From positions 1 through 50,823 of the IMG/VR virus record IMGVR_UViG_3300010005_000035: a DNA stretch of 50,823 bases; one strand, given 5' to 3'. Made by a program: the position numbers and the translations under genes. A model generated the notes under the pieces. That model worked only from the letters and a program-made list of their open reading frames with translations, ran no database searches and was not told the DNA's origin. Every line of letters starts with the position of its first letter. Positions within the stretch are counted from its first letter, which is position 1. This DNA is from a virus (taxonomy: Duplodnaviria > Caudoviricetes). Of the stretch, positions 10,401-20,309 are shown piece by piece.

Positions 10401-11252
10401 GCGGTTGAGGACGTTCTGCTGCAGCAGGACCGACAGTTCGAGTTGCTCGGCCTGCGCCGCAAACAAGGTCGGCGCCGTGTCGCTCGCATACCCCTCGCGA
10501 ACTTCAATCTCGACGTTGCTGAAATTCGCGAGAGGCGTCTCCCCGATCTTGAGCTCGCTGATCCGCAGCGGGCCGACACCGACACAGAATAGCAGCCTCA
10601 GATACTGGTCATTGCCGACGAGTTCGGTAAACGGCTTGGCTGCATAAGGCGGCGAAATCCGATGCTTGCCGAGCACAACCGGGACAGTGCCGAATTGACG
10701 CGCCTGGTTCTGCGCGCCGGCGATCGACATCAGTCGCGCCTGCTCCTCACCGGGGCTGAGCGCGTTGCTATCAGACGTCGGCTTGGATTTGACCGGAAAC
10801 AGCGCGTTGACGAGTAGGCTGCCGCCAATCGAGATGGCAGCGCCGAGCAAAGCGGCGCCAAATGTGCCCGCGGCGAAGCCTGCCCCCAACAATGGCGCCG
10901 CAAAGCCACCCGTAACGATAAGTGCCACCACCGCGACGACCACCATCGCGATTGTTCGCCAGATGCCCTTTCCCTGCATCAGCGGCTGGAAAGTAACCAG
11001 CGCCCCTGGCTTCGGTCGCACGCGATGCCAGCGCCCGGACGGAATTACGTCCTCTCCGACATATGCGGCTATCGCAAGAGATCGGCGGTCGGGCCACGCA
11101 AGTTCGGCCATCTCCTCAATCGTCAGCCCGGCCGGCAGCTGACGGCAAATCCGCTCGCCGCGAAGTGGATGTCGCCTGACTATGACGTCGACGAGCCCCT
11201 CCCCCGGCCGCAGAACCTGCGCCGGCTCCCCGGTGGCAACGATGCTGTTCAT
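7485..11252 (-). CDS. Tail tip / host-specificity protein J with fused gpI-like N-terminus
   Basis: 1255 aa; [18 protein letters not shown], FnIII-like repeats; follows NlpC/P60. Confidence 0.9.
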   Translation of the reverse strand: MNSIVATGEPAQVLRPGEGLVDVIVRRHPLRGERICRQLPAGLTIEEMAELAWPDRRSLAIAAYVGEDVIPSGRWHRVRPKPGALVTFQPLMQGKGIWRTIAMVVVAVVALIVTGGFAAPLLGAGFAAGTFGAALLGAAISIGGSLLVNALFPVKSKPTSDSNALSPGEEQARLMSIAGAQNQARQFGTVPVVLGKHRISPPYAAKPFTELVGNDQYLRLLFCVGVGPLRISELKIGETPLANFSNVEIEVREGYASDTAPTLFAAQAEQLELSVLLQQNVLNRRFTDPEIDEFTVEMAAPQGIFRLDTTTGERNGLEVLVNVFFRHEKSGSFVLTGQLAFWRELGQARVGSTVRVPRGRYEIMLVKITPDYTDPNYVNEVVWTTLRSMRNIVPVIPPKPLALIAMRIKATDQLSSVIDTFNCVAESMCTAFTGSGYVTYAASRNPADLFRLVLQSPANALVVHSDLIDAETLENWWWYCNQNGFTYDVVVEEPTSVYERLSLISAAGRAVPTFRDGKWSVIWDRFDAPVVQHFTPRNSSNFSASRVYSRPPHGLRLKFLNEAKGWASDERIIYDDGYDAGNATLFESLETDGLTSEALNWKYGRYHIAQARLRPEKYSILVDWENIRCTRGDRVRLAHDVIKVGLFTGRVRALGIGTVTLDEQITQEAGKTYQIRFRLADGASVIREVVTVEGESNLVQIAGDGDLPAPGDLFMFGEAERESIVCRVFEIAHQDELRARLTLVDDAPELQHSDTGPIPPFDSKISEPADPFLLPPRNLTVKEQILQAGSGATTVVVRMEWQAPRLGKVRGFEAQWRDEQAGGVGAAGWTGTQTVLAPQQWVDIDGLLLGNYGFRVRAIFEDGTTSSWSTLPASAVTGNLLKNPLPNIRRLRSVFVDGVRNLAWDEVQDWRGGIMYEIRKGVTWEGALLVETVAHPPFATLGNDTYWIAAVAKPVTGLTVYSAEPQAITITGATLVRNVVAEYDEKATGWSGKTFGTVAVSGSDLRTGGAGNMLEIPDFLAEPSILDYGGGGSGAYEIPGAHFVDIGREAACAVTIELTTTAIWSDQNILADPDFLGNPDIFTAEAARKVEIFAEIALGFNDPLDIYAPDNVYQTDDVYLQNIQWEPWQRFTPGSYRARHFKFRLILTTLDPRAIAIVQQFKFRIDVPDRIDHRLGLNIGSAGLAIVHRPDGASEDAPFNGGPNDSATPYVNVTILDGGDGVPEITSETKAGCTLKIKSGGVAVARKVNLDIQGY

Positions 11253-11647
11253 TACCGGCTTTCGTGTCGAAAATAGCCGCGGATGCGCCGGGCGATGCGC
11301 GGACTGGAAAGGGGCTCGATCACCGAATCGGCGCCCGCTTCGACATGCAGCATCAGGCCGGGGCCGGCGACGATGCCGACATGCGGCACGCCGACATTGC
11401 GGATCTCGACTAGGTCGAATTCGCGGGCGGCCTCGCGCTGGATTTCGCGCCAGCAGCTGCGCCCCTCGGCGATCAGCCGCTGCAGCGTCTCTCGATCGGC
11501 GGTGCTAACGTAGTCCTCTGCATGGTGCGGCAACGCGATCCCGAGCTGCTCGTCATAGACCAGGCAGGCGATGCCCCAGCAATCGACGCCCATGCGGCTG
11601 CGCCCCCTCTCGGCGAAGGGCAGCCCCACGTAGCTCTTAAGGCGCAT
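11252..11647 (-). CDS. NlpC/P60 tail assembly protein
   Basis: YVGLPF...GVDCWG...HVGI...MLH catalytic motifs. Confidence 0.92.
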   Translation of the reverse strand: MRLKSYVGLPFAERGRSRMGVDCWGIACLVYDEQLGIALPHHAEDYVSTADRETLQRLIAEGRSCWREIQREAAREFDLVEIRNVGVPHVGIVAGPGLMLHVEAGADSVIEPLSSPRIARRIRGYFRHESR

Positions 11648-12147
11648 CAGAACAGGCCTGGGAAGGTCGCCGGCGAGAATGTCAGATAGGGAAACGGTTC
11701 AGTGGTGAGCCCGTTGAGCGTCAGCGTCAGCGTGATCTGACCGTCATCATAGTCGGCCGCGACCATCTCCAAGAGCGGCAACTCGACCTCGATGTCGTCG
11801 GGCGCGGAGGCAAGAACCAGTTCAATCCGAAACAGCGCCGGAATCGTCGAAGAACGCAAAAGGTTGACGAGCTCGCGGCCGACATTGTCGAGGACAAGCC
11901 GCACCATAGGCGTGGCATCGTCCTTCTCGTCGGGGAGCGGCAGCGTCATCGGCAGGAAGCGATATTCCTCGCCACGGCTCCGCGTGCCGTAAATCAACGG
12001 TGTAACGGAAAGCCGCTCGGTCGGGTCGGTCGACAGCAGTTCGGGCGCCGCAAGCACCGGGTGTGTGATCCTGATCAGGAAGACCGGCACCTCGCCAGCC
12101 TCTTGCGCATTGATTTGCGCCCGCAGCAGAAGCGACAGCGACCTCAC
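11647..12147 (-). CDS. Minor tail protein (DUF1833-like)
   Basis: LIRITHP, LPDE, LVLDNV, EPFP...FPGLF; position in the tail-tip cluster. Confidence 0.8.
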   Translation of the reverse strand: MRSLSLLLRAQINAQEAGEVPVFLIRITHPVLAAPELLSTDPTERLSVTPLIYGTRSRGEEYRFLPMTLPLPDEKDDATPMVRLVLDNVGRELVNLLRSSTIPALFRIELVLASAPDDIEVELPLLEMVAADYDDGQITLTLTLNGLTTEPFPYLTFSPATFPGLF

Positions 12148-12503
12148 GGCAGCACCTCGAGATCAAGTACAACCTGCCACCAGCCCGCCCCTAGGCTAGA
12201 TATTGACGGCGGTTGCTCACCTTCTCGGACGAGAAGCGTTCCGGCGCCTTCCTGGTTTGGGAACTCAAATGGCAGACTGCCGTCGAGGAGCGTCGAGCGG
12301 AAAAAGGCCTCCAGTGTCTCTTTCTGGGCCGTATTGATGATCATAGATCCCTTCATTGGCGCAGGCGCCGCCGATGTGCGCCGGCGAACCTTCGCAGGGC
12401 CCGCGTCGTTCTTGCTGCGAAGCCGTCCGTCCGGGAGCGCTCTCCCGAAGTCGGAGCGCTGAAACTTCTGCGGCAATGAGATCGGCCAGGGATCGACCGC
12501 CAT
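12144..12503 (-). CDS. Distal tail protein
   Basis: WPISLPQ...GPAKVRRRT...FFRSTLLDGSLPFEF; directly after the tape measure gene. Confidence 0.75.
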   Translation of the reverse strand: MAVDPWPISLPQKFQRSDFGRALPDGRLRSKNDAGPAKVRRRTSAAPAPMKGSMIINTAQKETLEAFFRSTLLDGSLPFEFPNQEGAGTLLVREGEQPPSISSLGAGWWQVVLDLEVLP

Positions 12504-12504
12504 T

Positions 12505-15500
12505 TTAGCGCCTCGTCAGCTGTGTCTTGCCGCCGAACTGGGTTTGGAAAGCGCGACGGCTGTCCGAGCCCGGCGTCGAGATACGGTCAGCAACCGCGGT
12601 ATCGATCATCGTGACGATGTCGAACCCGCCGCTGTCGTTTTTCCGCTTCTCGGTCTTCACCTCGGCGCCGGCGTTGTTGATCACCTGCATATTGAACTGC
12701 GCGCCGCCTTGGGCCGCGGCGACGCCGAGCCGGCCGGCGCTGTCGCGGCGCAGCGGCATAATCGCTTCCGGGCCGGCTTCGCCCATCAGCCCAGTGCCCT
12801 TGGCGAACGGGAAAAGCGTGGGCCGATCCACGATGCGATTGGTGAACGCCCCGCCGCGCGCAAACGGGATGACGTTTCCGTAATCGAAGGCATGCCCTTT
12901 CGCGCTTTTTTGGGTGACAGTCGCCCATCCTCCTCCGGCGGAGCCACCGGAGCTACCGCCGAACAGCGCGCTGACGATCGACGCGAGCCATCCTCCGCTT
13001 CCGCTACTGGTACCAAATAGCCCATTGGTGATCTGGTTCGATGCGATATCGAAGAGCTTGTCCGCAACACGATCGAGTGCGTTTTTCAGCGCTTCCGAAG
13101 CGCTCTTGCCCTGCCGGAGATCCGACAGGAAGCCCTTGAGGGCATCCCGGCCGATGTTCTGGATCTCGACCATCCTATCGCGCAGGGTCGTCATCTCAGC
13201 GATGCGCTGCGCGTTGGCGAGATAAGCTTGTCCCTCTTCGCTCTTCAGCGAGATACCTTGCCGCCGCAAGTCCTGCTCGGCGCGCATCGTCGCCACCAAG
13301 CGGGCGCGCTCCGCCTCGTTCTTGCCGATCGAGGCGATCTCGAGCTCGAGCATGCTAATCTGCTCGGCCTGTCCGTAGAGCATACCGAGCGCGCGACCCT
13401 TGACCGCTTCGGTGTTGGCAGCGGCGAGAGCATTGCCGTACTCAGTCAACCGCTGGTTCAGCGAGCTTTGATCGGTGATGCCCACAGCGATGAGCTGCCT
13501 ACGCTCCTGCTCGAGCGCGTTCCGGCGCTGGAGAAGTTCGGAGCGCTGCGTCTCGCTGAGATTGCCGGAGCGCGTCGCGGCGTTGACCGATGCCTCGACC
13601 GCCGCCGCTTCTTTCGATTGCGCTACCTTGAGCGTGAGCTCCTTGTTGGTCCTGGCGATCTCCTCCCGCATCAACCGCTCGAGGACCACGCTCTGATTCT
13701 CTCCGGTCGATCGAGAAATCTGGACGGCCTGCTGCCGCAGCTTGGCGACGTCGGCAGACGCCGAACCGAGGCTGCGGACGGCAGCCTCCTCGCGCCCCAA
13801 GCTTTGGACGTTGTCATTGGCGGACCGACGCGACTCTGCTGCTGAGCGAGCGGCGTCCGCGTCGATCTGCTTGGCCGCTAACTTCGCCGCGTTATCCCGC
13901 TCCTGCGCGGTCGTGGCGGTCCCCAGCATGTCGTTGCGGGCAAGAGCTTCAGCGGTGGCCCGTCGCTCAGCAACGGTGGCGTCGTTGGCCGCCTTCATCC
14001 TGATGTCAGCGGCGGCGTTTGCCTTAATCTGCTCTGTGGTCAGTCCGCCGGTCGCCTTTGCATAGTCAGCGGCCTGCGCCTTGGCGCGTTCAAGGGCAAT
14101 CGACTGCTCTTTGATCTGCGAATTGATCTCCGCGAATTTCCTGGCGTCGAGGCCTGCACCGGTGTCTCCGGAAGCGACGAGAGCATTCCGGCGCTGAGTT
14201 AGCTCCTCGATCGACTTTTCGTAGGCGGTTATGGCCTGTGTCGCCAAGCGATAGGCCAACTCGTCCCTCTGCGCGCCTTGCAGCAGCCCATCAGCGGAAT
14301 TCACACGCTGATTGCCCTCCACTCGCTTAGCCCGGTTGCGCGCGGCCTCATCTTCGACCTTGAGCGTCGCCTCCAGTTCCGAACGGCGCTGACGTAGGTT
14401 CGCAATCTCAGCCTTCAGCTGGTAGTCCTTGCCAGGCGCGGACGTGCCAGCCTGCAGGCGCTGTTCGAGCGTCGCGAGTTCGCTGTTGATCTCCGCGAGG
14501 CGCTCGCGATCGTTCGGGCCGATCAGCGCATTGCCAATAGACTGCTTGGCGCGATCGAGCGGCTTGGAGATGAACCGCTCCCAAGCCTGATCGAACTTGG
14601 ATTGGGCATTTTCAGCGCCCTCAGTCGCTCGCGCGACCTCATCCATGAGCAGCTTCTGCGCCCGCAGCCGATCTCCGTAGTCGCTCGCGGTACGGATTGC
14701 CCGAAGCGTCGTGCTGTCAAGGGCGCCGAGCTTCTCCGATAGCATCTCCGCACCACGCACTGGATCTCGGAATGCCGCCGCAAGCTCCTTTGCAGCCTCC
14801 GGCGCATCCTGGCCGGTGACGCGAGCATAGTCCTTCGTGATCTTTGCCAATTGAGGAAGGCTAGAGGTCGCAAGTTGCCCAAGACGCGCATACTCCGCAG
14901 CGATCAGCCGAGATTTCGACACGGTGGTGTCGGCCGCGACGGATGCATCCTTGGCCAGCTGATCGAAGGCATCGCCGGACACGCCAGCAGCGCGACCAAT
15001 GCCGAGTAGCGAGTTGCTGAGTGCTTGGCGCTCCCCGAGAACGGCGAACGCCGAGTAGATCGCCGTCGCTCCTGCAACGACCGCCGCGATCGGCCCAAGA
15101 GCAGGCGCAATCATTGCCGGCAGGCTGCGGAAGAAGCCCACAACCGAACCGCGCGACGCGGCGAAGATGTCGGCGATCTGTGTACCCTGCTGGATCAAGA
15201 CCGTCGTGAATGACTGGCCCGACGCCAGCGACACTCCAACGTCCTGTACCTGGCGGCCGAGGTTGATTAGTTCGTGCCGGGCAAGGCCAACGCCGCTCGT
15301 ATACTTACCGGTCGCCGTGTACGCCCCTTCGAGAGCCCTCTTAGTGTCGTCGTGGACACGATTGATGTTGGCGATCGTCGCCTCGTACTGCTCTCCGGAT
15401 AGAGAACCGCGGGACTGCAGCGCCGTTGCTTCCCGCAAGGCCTTGTTGCGTCGCTCTTCGTTGACGATGAGCGGATTGTAGGCTTGGTTTAGCTTGGCAA

Positions 15501-16068
15501 CGGCCTGCTGGTCCGCCTCCAGGAAAGCGCTGGCGGAAGCCCGCGCACTGGCGGATGGCGCCGCGCCGATGCCGAAGCTGGCATTGATCCGGGACTGGGT
15601 GGCCTGGGCCTGCGCAAGCCGGCTCGTCGCCGCGGCGGCCCGATCGGCAATCTCAGCGGTGGCCGCCATGTGCGAATTCAGCGCCTGCACCACCGGCGCT
15701 AAGCTGACATAGCCCTGTTGAGCCAACCGGGCGGCATCCGCTGTCTGTCCAAACTTCCGGTAGACACCGTCGAGAGCCGCCGCCGCCCGTGCGGGGTCCA
15801 TCCCGCGATCCAGCGCGTTGCCAACGCTCCTGATCGCGCTCTCGAACTTCGCCGCTTGGCTATAGCCCTCAATGTAGCTCCGGCTCAGCGAAGAGACGCC
15901 GGGCGTTGCCTTCTTCGCAGCCGCATCGATCTCAGCAAGCGATTGCCCGACCGCCTTCGCCGAGGCCACCATCGCTTCGTCAGCGCCAGCCTTCTGGTTC
16001 GCCGCGCGTACATACTGCGCGACGTCCATCTCGGCCGAAACGCGGAGTGAGGAGAGCTTAACGGTCAT
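12505..16068 (-). CDS. Tail tape measure protein
   Basis: 1187 aa Ala-rich helical; NLGRQVQDVGVSLASGQ...QQGTQI and C-terminal FARGG...GEAGPEAIMPL. Confidence 0.95.
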   Translation of the reverse strand: MTVKLSSLRVSAEMDVAQYVRAANQKAGADEAMVASAKAVGQSLAEIDAAAKKATPGVSSLSRSYIEGYSQAAKFESAIRSVGNALDRGMDPARAAAALDGVYRKFGQTADAARLAQQGYVSLAPVVQALNSHMAATAEIADRAAAATSRLAQAQATQSRINASFGIGAAPSASARASASAFLEADQQAVAKLNQAYNPLIVNEERRNKALREATALQSRGSLSGEQYEATIANINRVHDDTKRALEGAYTATGKYTSGVGLARHELINLGRQVQDVGVSLASGQSFTTVLIQQGTQIADIFAASRGSVVGFFRSLPAMIAPALGPIAAVVAGATAIYSAFAVLGERQALSNSLLGIGRAAGVSGDAFDQLAKDASVAADTTVSKSRLIAAEYARLGQLATSSLPQLAKITKDYARVTGQDAPEAAKELAAAFRDPVRGAEMLSEKLGALDSTTLRAIRTASDYGDRLRAQKLLMDEVARATEGAENAQSKFDQAWERFISKPLDRAKQSIGNALIGPNDRERLAEINSELATLEQRLQAGTSAPGKDYQLKAEIANLRQRRSELEATLKVEDEAARNRAKRVEGNQRVNSADGLLQGAQRDELAYRLATQAITAYEKSIEELTQRRNALVASGDTGAGLDARKFAEINSQIKEQSIALERAKAQAADYAKATGGLTTEQIKANAAADIRMKAANDATVAERRATAEALARNDMLGTATTAQERDNAAKLAAKQIDADAARSAAESRRSANDNVQSLGREEAAVRSLGSASADVAKLRQQAVQISRSTGENQSVVLERLMREEIARTNKELTLKVAQSKEAAAVEASVNAATRSGNLSETQRSELLQRRNALEQERRQLIAVGITDQSSLNQRLTEYGNALAAANTEAVKGRALGMLYGQAEQISMLELEIASIGKNEAERARLVATMRAEQDLRRQGISLKSEEGQAYLANAQRIAEMTTLRDRMVEIQNIGRDALKGFLSDLRQGKSASEALKNALDRVADKLFDIASNQITNGLFGTSSGSGGWLASIVSALFGGSSGGSAGGGWATVTQKSAKGHAFDYGNVIPFARGGAFTNRIVDRPTLFPFAKGTGLMGEAGPEAIMPLRRDSAGRLGVAAAQGGAQFNMQVINNAGAEVKTEKRKNDSGGFDIVTMIDTAVADRISTPGSDSRRAFQTQFGGKTQLTRR

Positions 16069-16432
16069 GCGGAGGAGCTTTCTTCGCCGCCTCGCGAGCG
16101 ACGAATTCGAGCCATTCGGCGTCGAGCGCCATGATCAGGAAGAGGAAGGTGTCGAACTCGGTGCCGTCGATGCGATGCCGGCTTGCGAAAGCGTCAATCG
16201 CCAGGAACGACAGAGGAGCCTCGCCGCCATAAGCGCCGTATTGCCGGTCACCGCGCAAGCAAGCCCACGCGCGCCAGTAGAACCCGTGCCAGGCGCGCAG
16301 CTCCCCGCGCTCCTCACCGTCTTCTTCCTGCTGCAGTGGGCCAGCGTCTCCTTCCTCATCTCGGACTGATGCCAGCCAGTCGTCTACGTCTTTCCGCTCG
16401 AGCTGATAGCGGAAGACGAGCCTCAGTTTTTT
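16058..16432 (-). CDS. Tail assembly chaperone gpT-like segment, reached by -1 frameshift
   Basis: Open -1 frame starting at the slippery site (…KKLRLVFRYQLE…FYWRAW…LDAEWL); no own RBS/ATG. Confidence 0.75.
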   Translation of the reverse strand, partial: KKLRLVFRYQLERKDVDDWLASVRDEEGDAGPLQQEEDGEERGELRAWHGFYWRAWACLRGDRQYGAYGGEAPLSFLAIDAFASRHRIDGTEFDTFLFLIMALDAEWLEFVAREAAKKAPPHDR

Positions 16433-16836
16433 GCTTCGGCCTCGACGAATTCGACATCGCGCTTGCCGACGCGGCTGGCGGCCCAAAAGACGATGTCACG
16501 CATCAGCCGGTGCTCTTCGGCGAGCAGCGTTTCGCGCGCAGCCTCGGCGCTGTATTCCACGTCGAGACCGTCCCAGCGGACAAGCAGATGCTCGACCGCG
16601 AGCCTTCCGTCAGCGCGCGCGAGATCGTCTGGCGGAATGGTGCCGCCGTCGAACTTCTTCGCGAGACGCTGCATCTCGGCAGCGCGCGCGGCGATATAGG
16701 GAGGATACTGAGTCGACCGAACCGTGACGGTCAGACCGGGAAGCGGGCCCACATTGGGCCAGTCCTTCACAACGATCTCTTCGCCTTCCCTCTCAAGGGC
16801 AAGGTCGGACGCGAGGGAGGAGAGCTTGATTGTCAT
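16423..16836 (-). CDS. Tail assembly chaperone gpG-like
   Basis: Between tail tube and tape measure genes; ends GCA AAA AAC TGA. Confidence 0.85.
   Translation of the reverse strand: MTIKLSSLASDLALEREGEEIVVKDWPNVGPLPGLTVTVRSTQYPPYIAARAAEMQRLAKKFDGGTIPPDDLARADGRLAVEHLLVRWDGLDVEYSAEAARETLLAEEHRLMRDIVFWAASRVGKRDVEFVEAEAKN
16426..16432 (-). other. -1 ribosomal frameshift heptamer A-AAA-AAC
   Basis: X-XXY-YYZ heptamer in correct phase just before the gpG stop. Confidence 0.85.
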
Positions 16837-16855
16837 CGGTGTCCTGGAGAGTTGC

Positions 16856-17004
16856 GGCGGGCGCCCCCGACAGGGCGCCCGCCATGGCCGTGATCACGCG
16901 CCAACTCGCCGCCGGCACTACCGGCATTCGGACACCAATCCGAGCGGCTCTTTGCGCCTCGCCGTGTCGGCGACGAGGGTATTCAGTTCCCGGCGCTTGC
17001 CGGG
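16856..17004 (-). ncRNA. Structured cis-RNA with a kissing-loop pair upstream of the tail chaperone
   Basis: Hairpins at 16957-16978 (loop CCGACA) and 16856-16883 (loop UGUCGG) have complementary loops; further hairpins lie between them. Confidence 0.6.
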
Positions 17005-17010
17005 CTCAGA

Positions 17011-18492
17011 TCAAGCGACGTATTCGAAGCGATCCAGAATGACCTGGGCGCCCGTCGCCGGGTCTTTCGACGCCTGCCAGCTCAGAGGCAACATGACGTC
17101 GGTATTCTTGCCCGAGGCGTTCGGGTTTCCATCGCCGCGATAGGTCACGCGCGGGAACTGCCAGACCAGCGCCTGGCCGTTCTTCTCGATCCAGGAGGCG
17201 ATCGAGGTCGGCGTGCCGTCATAGAACTTCTGCAGCATCGCGTTGCTGCCGAAGTAGGTGTTGATCTGGCCGGACACGGTGCATTCGCCCTCGCGAACCG
17301 CGACAGGCGAGGTTTCGTCGACCGACTCGTTGGTCCGCAGGTTGTTGTTGACCGTGAAGGTGAGCTCCTGGGCCCAATTCGGCGAAGTCAGGCGCCCGCC
17401 ATTCTCATAGAGCCGGCCGACATTGGCATTCGCCGCCATCACGACATTGGTCGTGACCGCTTCCGGGGATGCATCGAGTGAGGTCGTGCTCTGGCTGCCC
17501 CCCATGCCGGTGAAGGTCACCGAGCCGGTGATCTTCTGGCGGGACGTAATGCTGTGCTGCAGCTCACCGGCATGCATGCCGAGGTTGACGATATAGGTCG
17601 GAACGGCTTGCCCCATGAACCCGCGCTCGATCGTGAACGAGGTCGGAGTAGTGCCATTGCGGATCTGATCGCCGAACCAGACGCGGATCGTCTTGCCAGT
17701 GCCGGAGTCGGTCGTCCAGCCGGACGGCAGATGATCGAGGGTGAGCTTGGTCGCGGCGATCGCGGTGACGCGCGCCCAAGCCGCGCGCCGGGCAGCCGCG
17801 CCTGCGGTCACCAGGAAGGCGAATGTGGTGGCGTCGGCAGTGCCGCCGATCTTGACGAATTGGCCGACGCGGAGCCCCAGCGTGGTGAAGTCGAGCGCCG
17901 TCGACCCGAGGCCGTCAGCGAGAGCGGTGACGTCGCCTGACGCGCCCTCGAAGCCGACAACCTTGAGCCGGGCGGCGGCCGGCGGCGCTGCTTCTGCGAC
18001 CAGACCCGCGCCAAGGACCGCGACCGACGTCGCGCCGCCCGTCGTCACCTTCCAGATGCCGTTGTTGGCGGCATTGCTGAAGCCGATCGCGCGCAGCAGA
18101 TGACCGGCCACGAAGGCGTCGCCCGTGGTGACCGTGAAGACGTCCGTGGTATCGGTGACCGCGGTGATGACGCTGTCAGCGGTGCCATCATTCGCGCGCT
18201 GCGGGGTATTGAGCCAAGCGCTCATGAAGGCTGAGCGATAGACCTCTGAAAGCGGGCTCTCGTCGACCGGATAGGAGATCTCGAAGTTGATGCCGCCGCC
18301 TGCCGCCTGCATGACCTTGATCGGGTCGTCGAGCATGCGGTCGTCTCGGATCTCCTCCGGGTCGACGTACTCGGGCGCGAACGACAGGCTCTCCCCCGTG
18401 GTCCGCATGGTGCGCATCCGCGGCGTCGTCGGAGTGATACCAGGGGTGGTCTCCCTCACCATGGTCAGGCGCAGGCGATTGGCAGAGGTCAT
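17011..18492 (-). CDS. Major tail tube protein with inserted domain
   Basis: ETTPGITP...RTTGESL...EEIRDDR, TSFTIER, G-ECTVSGQINTYF; position upstream of the chaperones. Confidence 0.85.
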   Translation of the reverse strand: MTSANRLRLTMVRETTPGITPTTPRMRTMRTTGESLSFAPEYVDPEEIRDDRMLDDPIKVMQAAGGGINFEISYPVDESPLSEVYRSAFMSAWLNTPQRANDGTADSVITAVTDTTDVFTVTTGDAFVAGHLLRAIGFSNAANNGIWKVTTGGATSVAVLGAGLVAEAAPPAAARLKVVGFEGASGDVTALADGLGSTALDFTTLGLRVGQFVKIGGTADATTFAFLVTAGAAARRAAWARVTAIAATKLTLDHLPSGWTTDSGTGKTIRVWFGDQIRNGTTPTSFTIERGFMGQAVPTYIVNLGMHAGELQHSITSRQKITGSVTFTGMGGSQSTTSLDASPEAVTTNVVMAANANVGRLYENGGRLTSPNWAQELTFTVNNNLRTNESVDETSPVAVREGECTVSGQINTYFGSNAMLQKFYDGTPTSIASWIEKNGQALVWQFPRVTYRGDGNPNASGKNTDVMLPLSWQASKDPATGAQVILDRFEYVA

Positions 18493-18504
18493 CTAGGCGC
18501 TCCC

Positions 18505-18530
18505 AAAGAAAAAGGGCGCCACGAGCGCCC
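18505..18530 (-). terminator. Intrinsic terminator-like hairpin before the tail tube gene
   Basis: GGGCGC-TCGTG-GCGCCC followed by TTTTTCTTT on the minus strand. Confidence 0.6.
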
Positions 18531-18599
18531 TGCATGCCTTGCCCAAGGGTTCGATGGTCGCTGCCGGCGCGGGCCACGCGCGGGCATGGGTGGAATTGA

Positions 18600-18836
18600 T
18601 CAGGGCTTCCGCCGCGCCGGGGCGGGATCAGCCGCAGAAGGCTCGGCCTCGGTCGCAGCGACTTCCGCCTTCTCCACAGCGGCCTCTGCGGCCTTCGTCT
18701 CGGCGCCGGCGATGAACTTGCGCGCCTTGAGATCGCTGATCGGGAGCTTGCTGCCTTCCAGGTCAGCCTCGGTCACGGTTGCCCCGATCGGGAAGCGGCG
18801 GGTCTCGTGCGGGAACGGCTTCAGAACGGTGAACAT
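18600..18836 (-). CDS. Small virion-region hypothetical protein
   Basis: AAGGAG RBS; MFTVLKPFPHETRRF..., 78 aa. Confidence 0.65.
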   Translation of the reverse strand: MFTVLKPFPHETRRFPIGATVTEADLEGSKLPISDLKARKFIAGAETKAAEAAVEKAEVAATEAEPSAADPAPARRKP

Positions 18837-18847
18837 GGGAATCTCCT

Positions 18848-19264
18848 TCAGGCTTCCATGAGCCGCCAGTCGATGCTGACGGTAATGCTCCACGTGGCGC
18901 CTGCGTCGTCGCCGACATCGCCAAGTCCGATCGACGCATCGGTGAACTCGAGGGCGTCGTCGAGCAACTTCGCGCCTCGGAATATGTCTGCGATTGCCTT
19001 CGCCCGTCTTCGGGCGGTACTGCTGCCGGTGCCGGTCGGGACGAAGACGTGCACCCACAGCACGCCCTCCTCGTCCCAGCGGTTCGCCGCCTGCGTCTCG
19101 GCGCCGATGCTCTGCTGCGCATAGGTCGTGCCGGACACCTCGACCGCCACCCACCCAGCTTCCACCGGCGGGACGAAGTTCTCGTTCTCCCAAGCGATAT
19201 CAGTTTCCGACCAGTTGGCGCCCAGATGGGCCCGAACCGCATCGTAGACGACGTCGGAAGGCAT
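18848..19264 (-). CDS. Tail terminator protein
   Basis: IAWENENF.PP...EEGVLWVHVFVPTGTG; synteny. Confidence 0.75.
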   Translation of the reverse strand: MPSDVVYDAVRAHLGANWSETDIAWENENFVPPVEAGWVAVEVSGTTYAQQSIGAETQAANRWDEEGVLWVHVFVPTGTGSSTARRRAKAIADIFRGAKLLDDALEFTDASIGLGDVGDDAGATWSITVSIDWRLMEA

Positions 19265-19920
19265 CAGCCGAAGCCCTTCATGCGCATAATGATTGCGGGA
19301 TAGGTCATCCGCGCGCCGGCTTCGGTGTCGCGCCGGATCTTGCGCCGGGCAAATGGCTTGTAGCCGCGCCGGAATCGCCCTTTCAGAACGTATCCGTTCG
19401 CGATAAGGACCATCCGGAACCGGACGTCCACCACCCGACCGAACTGCGCTTGAACCCTCCGCCGGACATCTTGAAAAACCGCGTCGCCCGTCGAGACGCG
19501 CTGAAAACCTGACTCAATCTTTCGCGCGTAAGGGACTGTCGCGACAAAAGAAACCTCCTCCCCGGCTGCAATCTCGGCGTCCGGTCGCAGCACCTGCGAT
19601 CCGACCATCACGACATGCGAGGCGATATAATCGCCGCTCTTGCGCGGGGAGCGCTTCTCAAGCTCCGCGAGTGTGAAGGCAATGATCGGCTGCCAATAGG
19701 AGAAGTCGTAGACGATCGGACCGGGAAGGACGACCGACTCCTCTTCCGCGCCGTCTCGGCCGTTGACGTACTTCGTATAGATTGTCGAAGCTTCGCCCGC
19801 GGCGATCGCGTCAGCGAGCGAAGACCGGGCCAATTTGGCGAGCTCGCGCCCGATGACGTTTGGCGCCAGATCGGCCGTGGCCAATTGCAGATCACGAGCG
19901 AAGGTCTCGAACCGGGCCAT
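19264..19920 (-). CDS. Neck / tail-completion protein (HK97 gp10-like)
   Basis: SPRKSGDYIASH...VPYARKIE; synteny. Confidence 0.65.
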   Translation of the reverse strand: MARFETFARDLQLATADLAPNVIGRELAKLARSSLADAIAAGEASTIYTKYVNGRDGAEEESVVLPGPIVYDFSYWQPIIAFTLAELEKRSPRKSGDYIASHVVMVGSQVLRPDAEIAAGEEVSFVATVPYARKIESGFQRVSTGDAVFQDVRRRVQAQFGRVVDVRFRMVLIANGYVLKGRFRRGYKPFARRKIRRDTEAGARMTYPAIIMRMKGFG

Positions 19921-20309
19921 CAGCCGCTGATCCGACCTTCGATTCGGACCAAGACGTCGCCGACGCGGATGTTATCGATCTGCTCAATCCTGCGCTGGCG
20001 ACCTTCGTCCAGGAGGAAATCACCGATCTTCACATCCGAGCCACCGCCGGCAGCACCAGGCCATGCTGCGCCATCCGCTGTAATAGGCGTCGGGCTGAAG
20101 ATGAACCTGCTGTCGGTGACTTTGATGCCCGCGACCAGATCCGTCGTCGCGTAGCCTTGCAGCTTCACGCGGACCGAGACCTCCGCGAACGTATTGCCCG
20201 TGCCGATACGGCGACGAAGCGACGCCGTCTGCCCACGCCGCGCCAGCGACGCATCGAGCCGCGCAATCATGCCGGCGGGCGTGTCGTCGAGGTTCAAGCG
20301 ACGACCCAA
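19920..20309 (-). CDS. Head closure protein
   Basis: Beta-rich 129 aa gene after the connector. Confidence 0.6.
   Translation of the reverse strand: MGRRLNLDDTPAGMIARLDASLARRGQTASLRRRIGTGNTFAEVSVRVKLQGYATTDLVAGIKVTDSRFIFSPTPITADGAAWPGAAGGGSDVKIGDFLLDEGRQRRIEQIDNIRVGDVLVRIEGRISG

Noticed and set aside
3805-11252. Diversity-generating retroelement or invertible fibre cassette
   Set aside because: No reverse transcriptase, invertase or TR/VR nucleotide repeat seen
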